This document shows positions 12,560-25,954 of a stretch of DNA of 64,000 nt, piece after piece. The stretch is from the NCBI RefSeq assembly GCF_018350175.1, contig NC_058368.1, positions 147,066,001 through 147,130,000 on the forward strand, given 5' to 3'. The stretch is from Felis catus (lineage: Eukaryota). The first letter of the stretch is position 1. Each line of letters begins with the position of its first letter. Below the pieces are notes generated by a model. That model was not told the DNA's origin. It made no database searches and saw nothing but the letters and a program-made list of their open reading frames with translations. A program made the position numbers and the translations under genes.

Positions 12560-13750
12560 ATTAAGAATGTATCTAACATTTCTGCACTGAGAATGCTTTT
12601 TGATATAGCGTTTTTGTAGATATGCTTTATTAGATTAAGAAATTTCCTGTCTAGTATTTATTTGTTTCAGAATTTAAAAGTCATGAACAGATATTTAACT
12701 TTATTAAATTTTATGTCTGTTTAAATTGAGATGATCATATGAATTTCTCCTTTAATTAATGATATATAACAAATGGCTACAAAACCAACACCTAATCAAC
12801 ACCAGAACTATAACAGTAACTATATCTATGGGGGTACTTTCCACTGTCTCCCTGCTTCTCTTAACCATGGTTACTTAATCCTACCTTTTTCATTAGTTCT
12901 TGGCTTTTTGAAACACAGTTTTATTAGACATGAGTGGACCAATAAATAATATTTACTTTTAAGTTGTTTTTAAAATTTATAAAAAGGGTATCATATAGTA
13001 ATCTTCTGGGACTTGCTATTATCATTTAATACTATACTGCTAAGATTCATCTATATGTTTATTTATGGTTATATATTTATTTTTACTATTGTGTAATACT
13101 CCATGAGTACAAACTAGGCAATAAGACCCAGTGAATACCACGAGTATTTGAATATTTCCAACTTTAGCTTTTAAAAATCAGTGCTATAAACTCTCTTGTT
13201 CTTATCTTGTAACATACATATTTGAATGTCTTTTGTGATTATGTATCTAGGAGTGGAATTTTTTGCTCATAGAGTATATGAATGTACAATTCTATAAGAC
13301 AAGGCCAAAAAATTTCCAGAATGATTTTACCAATTTACTCACCTACCAGCAAGCTATATATATTCTTTACCTTCAATTTCCTATCTTTGTGATTAACATT
13401 AGATTTTCTAAGAAGTTTTTCTAAAGTTTGAACACTTTATGCATTTCTGCCATAAGTTCTTTAAGTAAACCTACTTAAACTTTGATGGATTCTATTCAGT
13501 CACATTCTATTTAAGACTCTTGAATCTCTGTTTAGAAGTGAGAGTCTAAATCATTTTCTTTTTTTGTACTTCTGCCCAGTTTAGGTACCAGAAACCTACA
13601 GTTTCATAGAAGAATTTGGGAAGCCTTTCTCTCTTTGTTTTCTACAAAATAGTTTGTGTAACTCAGAGTGCATATGTAGTTTGAAAGCTGTAAAGTCTGC
13701 CTTTAAGTCTTTAATGATGGCAGGTTGATTCAGGGTTTCTTTTTTTCTTT
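12560..13750 (-). mobile_element. Ancient L1M fragments (antisense ORF2 and 3'UTR pieces)
   Basis: Antisense L1 motifs such as attgagatgatcatatgaatttctcc, tatctaggagtggaatt...tagagtatatg and gattttaccaatttac; boundaries approximate. Confidence 0.65.
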
Positions 13751-14296
13751 TCTATCTCTCTCTCTTGTGTGTCATCTTTCCTGACCATATAGGTTTCTAT
13801 TTTTCTTTGAGTAAATACATTTTGTTGAATAAATACATTAATATATCTTTTACTATAAACATATACATATATGTAAACATATCTATAACATATACACATA
13901 GTAAGTATGGCACAATGTTAACTTTTGTTAAATCTGGGTATTGTTGTCTGCACATGATTGAAATATTTTATAATTTAAAAAAGCACATTCTATTGTGAAA
14001 GTCTGGGGAAGGACTTAAGTAGTCTCTGTATCTGTTTTTGTTTCTACAGAAGTATGTGGAGGCGAGGGAGAGGATGGACCATTTCAAGTATAGATCTAAC
14101 TTTCTTCAGTAATACTGACAATATGTTTTTAGTTTTGCAATATAACCTTAGGACCCATTAAATCTTAGAATGAAAAGTAACATAATTAGGCAATTTCTGA
14201 ATGTTAAAAAAAAAAATCTGCTTGCCCAGAATATTGTAACTCTAGACCTAACGAAAGCGAGAATACTTAAGTGCTTAAGTTCAAATTTCACATGTC

Positions 14297-14516
14297 TTTT
14301 TTTCTTTATTTTTTTAATGTTTATTATTTTTGAGAGAGAGAAAGAGACAGAGGTGAGCGGGGATTGGGGCAGAGAGAGAGGGAGACACAGAACCCCAAGC
14401 AGGCTCCAGTCTCCATCTGAGCTGTCAGCATGGAGCCTGACACAGAACTCAGGAACCTGGAGATCATGACCTGCACTGAAGTCAGAAGCTTAACCAACTG
14501 AGCCACCCAGTAGCCC
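14297..14516 (-). mobile_element. CanSINE
   Basis: Reverse SINE body (gagatcatgacctg...ttaaccaactgagccacccag); degenerate TSD tcacatgtctt / tcacgtgactt. Confidence 0.93.
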
Positions 14517-14921
14517 TCACGTGACTTCTTTTTACTGCGGCCACATCACTAGCATTGAGCCATTCATTTTAAAGAATGACTTTGTTCTGTTAGCTGAACT
14601 TATTTTGTGTAACTTGTTTTCATATTTCTCAATTTTTGCTGCCTTCTTAATAAAATAACTATGGCCACATCATGTACATGAAATAACAAAGAAATCTGCC
14701 ATGTTTCATAAATTATATTAACATATGCAATTTTTTATATAGTGACAGAGAGAGAAGTGAGGACACTAAACATAATTGAGTTATCTTCCATAAATTTTAT
14801 CATTTTCTTATAAGTTTTATGAAAGATGAAATCTAACCCATGCACCTTAAGGACATTTTTGAAAACCATGCATAACAGTAACAGAATATAATGAGAGTAA
14901 TTTGTAAAATATTTTTATGCC

Positions 14922-15131
14922 AGGGCACCTGGGTGGCTCATTCCGTTAAGCGCTCGGCTCTTGGTTTCGGCTCAGGTCATGATCTCAACAGTTTGTGAGT
15001 TCCAGCCAAATTTTGGGCATGCTGACAGTGCGGAGTCTGCTTGAACTTGTCTCTCCCTCTCTTTCTTCCCCTCTCTTGCTCGCAAGTGCATGCACTTTCT
15101 CTCTCTCAAAATAAATAAATAGAATTAAAAA
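14922..15131 (+). mobile_element. CanSINE
   Basis: gggcacctgggtggctca head, ggctcaggtcatgatctc, (CT)n tract, A-rich tail. Confidence 0.93.
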
Positions 15132-15329
15132 CATATTTACTGCCTTCCTAACACATCCCCTCCTCCAGGTTTTCTTGTATTTCATGATGCCTAGTACAAA
15201 ACTGGATTCTCAACAAACGTTTTTATTTTTTCATCCCTGAATAGGGCCAAAATTAATATGTAAATTAATACATCAAAATTAATACACCCATATTTGATAT
15301 TCATCTGAAACTCAAATGTAAAGGGCTCT

Positions 15330-15560
15330 AAGCCTTTTTTTCAAACCGTAGGTCTATGCTTTCTGTAGCATACTCCTTCATTATAGTATGTATCACATGT
15401 GCTTGCAGTAATGTGTTTATGAATGCCTGTCCTCTACTACATCTTGAGCTCCTGGAGTACTCTAATCATGTTTTAGTCATCTTTGCATCTTCCAGGCTTA
15501 TTCCAAGGTATGCATATGTTAGGCATCCAGGAACACCTTTACTGGACAGGTGGATAGATA
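15330..15560 (+). mobile_element. L2 LINE 3' end fragment
   Basis: ctactacatcttgagctcctggag...catgttttagtcatctttgcatcttccagg resembles the L2 3' terminus. Confidence 0.6.
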
Positions 15561-18350
15561 AGATGGGAAGAGACTGGCTCAAGAACACAGGTTGGGGTTA
15601 GTTTTCAAAGTATAGCAGGAGCACCTTTTTTTCATAGATAAGTAGCAAGGAAAAATTATGTGTAAATATCTAAAGAAATGTCTGAGTGAAGAAAATGATT
15701 TTCTTGAGAAAGAAGTTTTAAGGTAGAGTATTAAGAATGTCATATTTATACTCCACGGCACTGTGAATCTGGCAGCCTTGATCAGTATAGTATAAACTTT
15801 GGGAGAAAAAGATTAAAGTTAATGAGAATGACTTCAACACTTTGTCAGGAATGCAGAATGAGGTCCCTAGATTCAAAGAATGTTAATAAGAACAAAAAAC
15901 CCAGGGACAATCTGACAGGTGAAGGACAGGACCTTTTTTTTCCTTTTTTTTTTTTTTTTTTTTTTGTACTGTTTACTCAATTTAATCAGAACTTAAATCA
16001 AGATAAAGAGTGCCAAACTGACAGCCAATGACAGCCCTCAAGAATAAGAGGGGGTTATCACATCCAGGTCTGAAATGGGTAGATAAGTTGCTGGGAAAAG
16101 AGGAAGAAGTTAGTAGAATACCAAGTCACATGTCATTTTGCCAAGTAAGTTTCAGAATCAGGAGGCTGAGGGACCAGTAGGGCTTGGATTCTCCTGCCAG
16201 GGCTAGAAAGGTAGACTATGCAAATCTGAACACAACATTGGCTGAAGAGGCCAGCCCCCAGGGAGGGCAGACATGGGGACAAAGAAAAGGGGCTAAGTCA
16301 GGCAAGTTGGTCCAGAGTATCTTGGGAGACAGGTCAGCTGATGGAATTTCAGGAACCCTAGAGTGACAAAAGACAGAAGAGCTGCTACAGAGGTTTGCAG
16401 ACCTAAGTCCAGCAAGACATACTGTATATGAAGTAGAGTAAATAAAAGAGGGTGTATTAGATGGGGGGCTAAAAGGGGTTTTGGAGATGGCTGGCAGAAC
16501 ACAATAGGTAAAATTCCAAGCACAGATACTCTGTATCTAGGAGTAGAGACACAGGCATAAGACTATGTCCCCTCAGTGGCTGGATGCTCTTTTCAGGAAA
16601 TACTGGTGACACTAAATTTGGGAAGGGATGGAATATCATGCAGTGTATCAACTGGGAGGCCAAATAGGGTTGTGGTCCGAAGCTGTCTATGACAACAGAG
16701 AGGGACAGCAGCAATTCTAATGATGCCTGACTGACACTTCATATGACAGGGCTTTCCATGTGCACGCTCTTGTGAGATTTACTCCAAAGTCTGGGACTCT
16801 GGAGGATGAAGCTGCAAGTATGGATGAGGTACTCTCAACTGTGGGGGCTGCAAGCGTGCAGAGGTTATTACACTGTTGAATTCCATCCAGATCACTGAAG
16901 AGCTGAGGGTCCTGAAAAGTGCTGTATTAGAAGTCAGCTCCTCTTCCACTTATCCCTGGCATAAAATGCAACCCATTCATATCCTGACAGCTTCTACCTA
17001 TGACAGACTAGATACGACACTGAAAGGAGAGGGGGAAGCAGGGCTTTCCTGCATGGGTAATGTATCATAGTACTACGCAAAGATTCCTACAATTTTAAAA
17101 TTCCCTTGATTTGCTCCTCAAACGTTCCCTTGATTCTCTCTCCTTCCATCCCAAATTATGTAAAAGGAAGAATGCAGGGTAAGGGAGAAAGCTCTTTGTA
17201 CTTGGTGTCTCTAGATCCCTCTTTGTGCTAATTGTATAGTATATTCCTTTGCATGCTGATTACTCCAAAAAAAAAAAATCAGAAATAAGTATTATTAAAA
17301 CCTCTCATGATCGATATAGGGCACTGTGCTAGTTCTCTGTTCTGGCATGATGATTTCTATAGTTAAACAAGTCTTGGTATGGCATATTTCCTAGGAGAAA
17401 TGTAAGGTCTTCTTTTGGTTGGACAAAATATTCTTTAAAGACTCTCATTTTTTCCCTTGTTTTTGGTTGTGAATATGAAATGTGGGGTTTTAGTGACAGA
17501 ACTTAATTGTGGTCTCTGTATGTTGGTGCTGAGCCCAGAAAGCCTTCGGAAATGGATGATTTTTGTATACCAAAGTAATAAATAAAGGCCATACACCCTC
17601 TGCTCTAAAATTTCTTGCTTATTCTTGTTCTTGAAATCAATTGTTGGTTAAAAAAGAAAAAAAAATCTCTCCCTTTTTAAAATAAGTAAATTGGTCTTGA
17701 TTATATGTCTGTCTGAACTCCTTGCTGATTATTTTATGTATTATACCTGTCTAGAACTAGGTAAATTATTTTTAAATTCATTACTTTAAAATTCAGTAAA
17801 TTAATTCATGCAATTTAAAATCTGTTTTCCATAGCTGTATGAATAGATTTGTATTGTTATGCTAACTACTATGATCTGATTTGTTTTCAGTCACCTTGGT
17901 GTTGGAACTGATGCATGTATAATTTTTAGGGTCAACTAAGGTTTACAGTGAAAGATAAAATTTCACATTAAAAAGTGTAGGGTTGCAATAGAGAACATGA
18001 AAATAAAACCTGGAAACAAGATTAATGCATACTGAGAAAAATGAAGGAGAGGCTAAGTGCCCTGATTTAAAAATGAGCGTGTAAAATGTTCAGTACCACT
18101 TCCTTCGATCTAAAAAAATAAAAAAGGATATAGTTAGCAAACCAGTCCAACAATAAAAAAGAAAAAAGTGGCTTGTATAAAAGAGCTTAGTCACCAAGTG
18201 CTCCTCAATACTTGAAAAAACTTTTTATATTTTTATATCCTGGTAAAATTCCAAACAACCAAGACATAGATTAGATAACAAAGTTTCCTTCATCAGATGC
18301 TTTATGATGTAGAACTAAAACTATATGATATGGATTTAAATCTTGAATCT

Positions 18351-18462
18351 GGGAGCACCTGACTGGCTTAGTTGGTAGAGCATGTGGCTTTTGATCTTGG
18401 GGTTGTGAGTTCAAGCCCCATGTTGGGTGTAGAGATTACTTAAACATAAAATCTTTAAAAAA
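18351..18462 (+). mobile_element. Short (older-type) CanSINE inserted in a MIR
   Basis: tRNA-like head with tagagattactt...aaaatctttaaaa tail; TSD aaatcttgaatct 18338-18350 / aaatcttgaacct 18463-18475; flanks are MIR-like. Confidence 0.88.
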
Positions 18463-18639
18463 AAATCTTGAACCTGTTGTACATTAGTTTGATAACCTAA
18501 AATAAGTTACCTCTCTGAACCTCACTTGTAAAATGAGAAGCATAGTTCAGAATATTTGTGAGGTGCCTTTTCATTTATAAACCTCTGTAGTTCCCTATGC
18601 TACGTGCTAATCAATAATAACCACTTCTATTCAATTTCC

Positions 18640-19090
18640 TTTTATTCTCTATTTACCCAAGCATCAATCCAGTATTATTGAGTGCTTACTAAACACTAGG
18701 CCCCCAGGTTACTAAAATTCTTTGTGAATCTCTGGTGTCCTGGGAGAAGCAGACTCTTGTGTGCACAGATTACAGTACTGAGGTGTGGGCCCCTTGAGGC
18801 ATAGGAACAAAGAACCTGCAGGATGTGGAGATCCTTCAGAGCCCAGGTAAGCCTGGATGTTGAAGGATTAGTAGGAGCTGGATGAGAGGGAAGGGCATTC
18901 TAGACCAGGAGAAGTGCACTTGCAAACGTATGGTATCTTGAAAGAGCTTTCCATGTTTGGAGAAGGAGAATCTCCTTGTGGCTGGAACATAGGTCAGAAG
19001 AATTGTTGAGAAAGGAGGCTGGAATGGAAGGTTGGAACTAACTTGTGAAGATCTTGCCTTAGTCACTAGCCATAGAAAGTAAAGAAGAAA
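18640..19090 (-). mobile_element. L2 LINE fragment
   Basis: tattgagtgcttacta...aagggcattctagaccaggagaag...gtggctggaacataggt, typical antisense L2. Confidence 0.65.
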
Positions 19091-19913
19091 TTTACAGCAT
19101 AAGGAATTTAGATTTTAATTTACACCTGCTATTTTAAAAGTAAAATAATTAGGTTGTCATTATGTATTCCACTTGAACAAATCCTTCAACCTCTCTGGAT
19201 TTCAGTCTCAGCCTACCTTTCAACACTATGTTTCTGTTTGTCAGTCTTCTTATGTTTATTTCTAAATGTGGGCAGTCCCTAGCTATCAATTTTTATATAG
19301 ACCACTCCATTTGCAAATGGCTTAGTTTCTTCTTGTTTTAGTCTCCAGTAACATAAAAGCCTATTAGCGATATATATAATTCGTGACTCCAGTGAGCAGA
19401 TCAGTAGCAATTTGTACCTTTTTGAAAAGTAGCATGTATTCCTACAGTATGATGTAGATTTAAAACTTTTTGACCTAGCCAGACTACCAAACAGTATTCC
19501 ATCCTTAATTTCTGGTGACATTAGTATGCCGACTTTCTAATGTTTACTATTTGTGAAAGTTCATAGCCAAATTTTTGGCTAGGGTGAAATGTCCTACATC
19601 ACCTTTTAGGTGTGCTAGAAAAAAACAGCTGCTAAAAATCAATTTTCCATTTCTGGAAAGTGCAGATACTTTGTGTATCCACAGCTTTTATTTCAAAGTA
19701 TTTGCTTCTTACAGCTTAATCTTTTAAATGGCCACTTTGCCTCACTATCCATATATATGTCAAGTATATGCAGACTCATCACTTGTGTCCCAACCTCTGC
19801 ATTTTTGTTATAATCTGAGGAAGAATGATTACATAGACAACTAAAAGTCTGAAAGGGATAATGTCAAAAATTATTTTCCATATTTCTTTGGATTAAAAAA
19901 ATTTGTTTCATAC

Positions 19914-20618
19914 GGGCACCTGTGATGAGGGAGCATAAGGCAAGCTAAGGACTATGCACTAAAGCACAAGTTAGCACCCTCCCCACTCCCAGGGTCTGAT
20001 ATGTGTGACATCCCTAGGCACTCCTGGCTGTCCAAGAACAAAGGAAAGGACAGAAAACAAATGGTTGAACTGACAGAGTCTCCATCAGTTTACAAATATC
20101 CTAGTAATACTACAAGAACAGGGCAATATTATCAATAGCCTAGAGTCCAGGAACTCCTTCTGTCTTAACATTAATGCTTTGCTAGAGGGAAAAACAACCT
20201 TAGCTTGACAATAGCTAGGCCTCCAATAATCTATGAGTCTTCTTTAGCATATGAAAATCCCTTTGAGGAACTTCCCGTTGACTTCACCTCTCCCAACTCC
20301 ATAAATATATAGACAGTCACTCTTCATAACCCCAGTGCCACTCTTTCTGCCCACAGGTCAAGTTCCCATGCTTTAATCAAATCACCTTTTGGCACCAAAG
20401 ATGTCTTCAAGAATTCTTTTTTGGCCATTGGATCTGAACCCCCCATCACTCCCAAACCTCTTCACCTGGGTGGCTTAGTCGGTTAAGTCTGACTCTTGAT
20501 TTTGGATCGGTCATGATCTCATGGTTTGTGAGTTTGAGCCCTACAATGGGTTCTGCATTGACAGTACAGAGCTTGCTTGGGATTCTCTCTTTCTCCTCTC
20601 TCCGCCCCTCCCCTGCTT

Positions 20619-20653
<35 letters not shown>

Positions 20654-20686
20654 AGTAAATAAATAAACTTGAAAAAATAAAAAAAG
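19914..20686 (+). mobile_element. CanSINE interrupted by the solo LTR
   Basis: Head gggcacctg at 19914-19922 resumes as (cctg)ggtggcttagtcggttaag at 20465; (CT)n tract and A tail to about 20686. Confidence 0.9.
19923..20464 (+). mobile_element. Solo LTR of an ERV1-class carnivore endogenous retrovirus
   Basis: 542 bp from TGATGAGG to CCTCTTCA (terminal inverted repeat 7/8); 4-bp TSD CCTG at 19919-19922 and 20465-20468; TATA-like ataaatatata near 20302. Confidence 0.85.
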
Positions 20687-22585
20687 GTTTTACAGATAGT
20701 ATCAGGAAATATGTATCCAGACAGCACCATATAGATCACAGCAGTTTATTATATGTAATAATTAACTACATGTATAGTTTATTAAGAAAAATCTCAAATA
20801 ACATTTGTTATAATATGACTGATGTGTACCAGAAAGCAAAATGGAACCTGGGCTGGGCACCAAACTGGAAGACAGGGAACATCTCTAGAGCTTTCTTAGA
20901 TGGGTATGGTCTTCTGATTACACAATATATACTTCTCTGCAACTTGCTTTTTTCCCCACTGAAAATGACCTCCTTGTTTAGATACTAACATTGCAGATCC
21001 ACACTAAAATTGATTGGAAAGATATCTGTGTAAGTTCTTTCTCATATTTGAGGAGAAAAGTAATGACAGCATTAAGGCAGCCAAAATCAACACATTTGTG
21101 TGTTGACAATTCAAGTGATTTATGTGCTTACCAGACGACTCAATAAAATAATGCATAATTTCCAAATCTACTGACACATAACAGAACTAATCATATTTTT
21201 CTGACTTAGGCAACTTCTTTTTTAAAAGTGAATAAAATTCAGTGAGTTTTATATTTATTAAACTTACACACCTTTTCCTCTGAAATTAAGAAAAAAATAA
21301 TCAACTAAAACTATTTCTCATAAGAACAAGAGGAAAGCAGTTCTTTATTGTTTCCATCTAGATCTGGTGTTTGTCCCATTTTGCACAGAGATCATCTGGC
21401 CAGGAGGCACGTGGAAAAGCTCTCTCTGTAGAGCTGCCAGCCTGGACTCAGTAGGACTTGAATCATTTTTTGCCAATGTACCCCTAGAAAATCATATATC
21501 TTTTCTGAGACTTCTTCCTCTCCTAAAAAGGGAGGTTCATTGCAACTGTCCTGACCTCCTTATATAATTGTTCTGAGGATCAAATGAAATATGAAAATAC
21601 TGCTTTAAAGGTAAAATGCTATACCAAAATATATTTAAAAAATAAATTTCCTTTCTATTTAATAAAAAAAAACAGGTTTGTTCCTAAAGAGCAATATAAG
21701 CTGAGCTTCCTAGAAATAAATGACACCAATTTAAAATCCAACATAAAGATTCAATAAAGAGCAATAGCTACTATGTGACGATCACCAAGAATGACATTTG
21801 TTAATCTTAGGCCAAAACCAAGTATCCCTGCTTGTAGAAGTGGTCAACCTCTGTGGTTGAGAATCCTCTGAAAGGTAGTATTTCAAAGTCATTAGAAGAT
21901 GATTTTAAGAGAAACAAAATCAATTACTAGAGCTTTTGTTCACAAATTGATTTAGGGTTACAAAGTAAACTTCAGATTGCTTACTTTATCTCGAATGTGA
22001 TTCAGGATAATTGAATAAGTGCTTGGCAGTGGCTCTTTCTTAGGTACTCAAACTCTAGGAACTGAGCTTGTAAGGAAATAGAATTCCTCTTAAATTTTAA
22101 CAAATGCTAAGTACAGAGAAGCAGCAGCTCCTCCCCATCTGCTCTCCAGATACTAGAAAAGATTAGTCACGTTAGATAAAGATCTGGAATTTCACTGACT
22201 TCCTTTTTGCTTTCCACACCCCACCCCCAACTCCATGTGCCAGGGTTGCCTCTGTTCCCACTATACAAATAAATGGGAGGCTTTGCTAACAGCTCTACAG
22301 AATGGAGATGACTCCTAGATAGAGGAGATATACTAGCCAGAAGAATGTTTCGATGTTTTCCTTGCTCACACTGTCTGGAAATGTGCATTGCTCCTTATCT
22401 TTTGTGAAGTGGAGAAGGGGTACCCCTGCTGGTTCTTTCTGGTCTTATGGAATGTGCTTTAGGATCAGTCCTTTGAATGTAAGGGGAATGTAAGGGAAAA
22501 AAAGGACACTGGAAGATGTAAGATGATTGAAGAGATAAATGGTCTTGTAAGAGGTATTTGACTGAAGAGGTATTTGACTTTAAAT

Positions 22586-23211
22586 GTGGCAGGTGGACTC
22601 TCGGGTGACCACAATGATTTCAAATTCTTTGCTGTCCACACTGTCGTATATTTCCCCTCCAATGAGTATAAGTGAGACCTGTGGTTTGCTTCTAACCAAT
22701 ATAATATGGCAAGGATAATGGGATTTCAGTTCCCTGATCACATTACATTATATAAGACTCTGTCTTAGCAGACTGAGCTAGAGTTTCTTCTAGTTGGCTT
22801 GATGTATTCAGAGACCATGTTGGGAAATCCACATGGCAGGAAACTGCCTCTAGAAGGAGAATGTGACCTTGCCTCTAGAAGGAGAAAGTGACCTCCAGCA
22901 ACTGAAGGTATCATGAAGGACACGAGGGCAGCCTCCAGCTGACAGCCAGACAAACAGCTGGGCCCTCATAAAGCAATAGGGAAAGGAATTCTGAAAACGA
23001 TCTTAATTGTCTTAAGAGCAGATTTTTCCCCAGTCAAGCTTACAGATGTGAATACAGCTCAACTGACACCTTTACTGCATCTTTGTGAAACCCTGAGCAG
23101 AGGACTCAGCCAAGCCATGCATGGGCTTCCGGCCCACAGAAACTGTGGTATAATCAAAATGCATTTTTTAGTTCCTAGTAATTTGTTACACGGCAATAGA
23201 AAACTAATATA
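22586..23211 (+). mobile_element. MaLR solo LTR (MLT1 family)
   Basis: tgtggcagg start, gacctgtggtttgcttctaacc, gcctccagctgacagcc, and the canonical MLT1 end gtaatttgttacacggcaatagaaaactaata. Confidence 0.88.
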
Positions 23212-25635
23212 CCAGATAACAGGAGGAGGTAAAAAAGATGACTTGTTGAAATGATTAAAATGCAAGTAATAGAGAAAAAGGTGAAGGAAATAGATTAAGT
23301 GAAGGGCACAGGATAGCATGGGAAATGGATAGCATGAGTATTCTGTATTATTTACAAAGAGTAAAGACCTATGTTTGTGAATGGAATATGAAACACTGCT
23401 GTACAGCGTTCCTGTAGAATGCAGCCATTTCAACTCATCCTGTATTTTTTCAGATCCTGAAGTTTTTCTTTGCATTAAACATTTATGTTGCTTGCTTCTT
23501 AAGTGTGATCCCTGTATTGCACATTCCATTTTCACAGCTTTGTTTAGAGTCTCTATAGCAACTGGCCTACTCGCCCTTCCTTGCCTTACCTAGTTGAACT
23601 GTAAGAAACTGCATTTTATAACAACAGAAGCAGTGCGATTTGATATTATAAAGGTCTTTTTTATTAAGGGTAGGAGTATACTGAAGTAGTTAAATCTTTT
23701 TTTAACTAGAAAAAGCTAGATGTACTTTCTGGTAGCCAATCACTCCTTCTTACTGTATCTGCCTCATCGATTCACCATCTGCTTCCAAACTCCATCCAAC
23801 AACATGTTTTTCTTCTTTGATCACACCTCTTATTTTCTCACTTTTATTTAAATTCACATGAACCTACAAAAGTTAACACGTTCATGCTCTCAGTACCTCA
23901 CACACAATTATATTCTCTGGGCCATTCACTGTCAATTAATGATGGCCATGAAGTAAGTCCCTCAAGGAATACAGTATGTGGACAACTTGATGTTGATGAC
24001 ATTGGAGGGTGAGGAAAAATAGGTTTGTATGGAGTCATAGCCACAGCTACAAATAGCATCTCTTATGGCAGGATCCTGACATATTCTTTGACTGTCTGCC
24101 TCCCTTCTCAAAGACAGAATGTGGGTTTTCCCCACTGTCCTCTTTCCCTCTGCTATCTTGGTGAGAAATGCCCTTCTCCCCAAAGAGTCAGAATGTGAGT
24201 GTCAGAATGTCAGTGTCCTCGCACATTCCCTGCTTCAGTGAAACTATCTGTCACCCATATTTGCCAAATTTGTGGACTCAGATAATTTCCATTTTATGCT
24301 CTGTAATCTATTAGTTTGCCTTTGAGGTTTCATAAAGCTTAGCAGGTGCAACACATAGGGATTCAATGATGCATGAATGATGGTAGGTAATAAGTGCTAT
24401 TGTCACAGTGCTACATTTCTAGATGGCAGTTCCCAGAAAGGACCTATAAAAGCACCTACAGGTAGACTCTGTGTGTAACTCCCAGCCAGTTCATGATGGC
24501 AATAATTGAAAGAATATGATAACTGTGTTCAGAAGTCTACTTTATGAATTCTTTAGATAAAAACTTGGACATTTATTCCATAGATGCCAGTAAAGCAAAA
24601 TGCTGATTTGGTCTTTATCAAATTGATTTAGACAATACGCTCTGCAAACCTTCAGAATTAAGACTAAATGTGTCCTTAATTTTCAAAAGTATCTTTTATA
24701 ATACATGCTCTTATAAGGATCATTTCAATTAGAGATTCAAAACATTGCCATCTAGACACTGGTTAACAAAGCAGCAAGAAGAAAAGGAGGCAAGTAAATA
24801 AATAGTTGAAAACAAAAATTTTACAAGCACCTATGACTTAAATATGCTTATATTCAAGTCATTAAGTTCACAGCCAGTTCTAGTTTTAAGTTACTTCACC
24901 AATAAAGACTGCAATATCTGCATGTATTTCTGTTTTGTTCCATTATCAAATTATTTTAAACAAAGTATAGTCTAAAGAAATGAAACATATTTTACATGAA
25001 TCTATTTTTAATGTTAAAGAAATATTACTGCCCCTACTATATTATTATCACACCTTATATTCTAAAAGTTATAAAATTTTAAAAATGAGGTCTTTTAATT
25101 AACGATTATTTATTTTAGTTTTCTCTTCTGTATTGGTTATGTGCAAACATAAAATTTTAAAAATTTGGCCCAGATTAAGTGCCTCCCCAAATCAACTACT
25201 GTGCAGTATATGTGGAACTAGTTGCTGTTTTGCAAGATTCAATTTACCTAAATAAGAATCTTAAAATAGTCAATAATATAAAACATTAGAAAAAATAATT
25301 CCATAGAGGAAGAAATAGAATAACCCAAATGGTAATAGACTTCACTTAAACAAAACTTTAATTATTATAAGACATTTCGACTTTATAAAAGGCATGTCTC
25401 CCTTTGTTGAACATATAGATTTTAGACTCTTCTTAATATTAGTTGAAATTGTAAATAAATTCCATGAATAAAACAAAAAGTAATGTGACATGATATTTTA
25501 TGTATAAACCACCCATATTCTCTTCTATCCTCCATTAAAATAAGAACCCCAGGCGTGCACTACTCTCTCCTATCTGAATCATTAAACTTTCATTCTGTAA
25601 ATAACATCCCTTAACCACATTAAGGAAAGATCGGA

Positions 25636-25853
25636 GGGGCGCCTGGGTGGCTCGGTCCATTAAGTGCCCTACTCTTGATTTCCGCTCAGGTCTTGATTTT
25701 GGTTCGTGGGTTCGAGTCCCACGTTGGGCTCTGTGCAGAGAGTGCGGGGCCTACCTCGGAGTCTCTCTCTCTCCCTCTCTCTCTGCTCCTCCCCTGCTCA
25801 TGCTCTCTCTCTTTGTTAAAAGAAATAAACTGAAAAGCAAATTAAAAAAAAGC
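25636..25853 (+). mobile_element. CanSINE
   Basis: ggggcgcctgggtggctcgg head; TSD aaagatcgga / aaagattgga. Confidence 0.95.
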
Positions 25854-25954
25854 AAAGATTGGAGAGAATCTTTCAGAAAATAGCTATTGAATCTACTAGT
25901 CTACCTGTCACAAGACTTTCTTCTTAAATTCTAAATCGGTGGTATTTAAGTATG

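Noticed and set aside
16040..17060. Purine-rich, LTR-like degenerate sequence (similar stretches at about 32400-32700 and 57170-57640)
   Set aside because: Probably ancient LTR remnants, but I could not identify termini, TSDs or a family.
18351..18430. tRNA-like sequence with A and B boxes
   Set aside because: It is the tRNA-derived head of a CanSINE with a tail and TSD, not a tRNA gene.
23590..23598. Minus-strand 9-nt microexon-like motif (tttcttacag|TTCAACTAG|gtaagg)
   Set aside because: The splice signals are plausible but there is no other supporting minus-strand exon. Revisit if the host gene proves to be on the minus strand.
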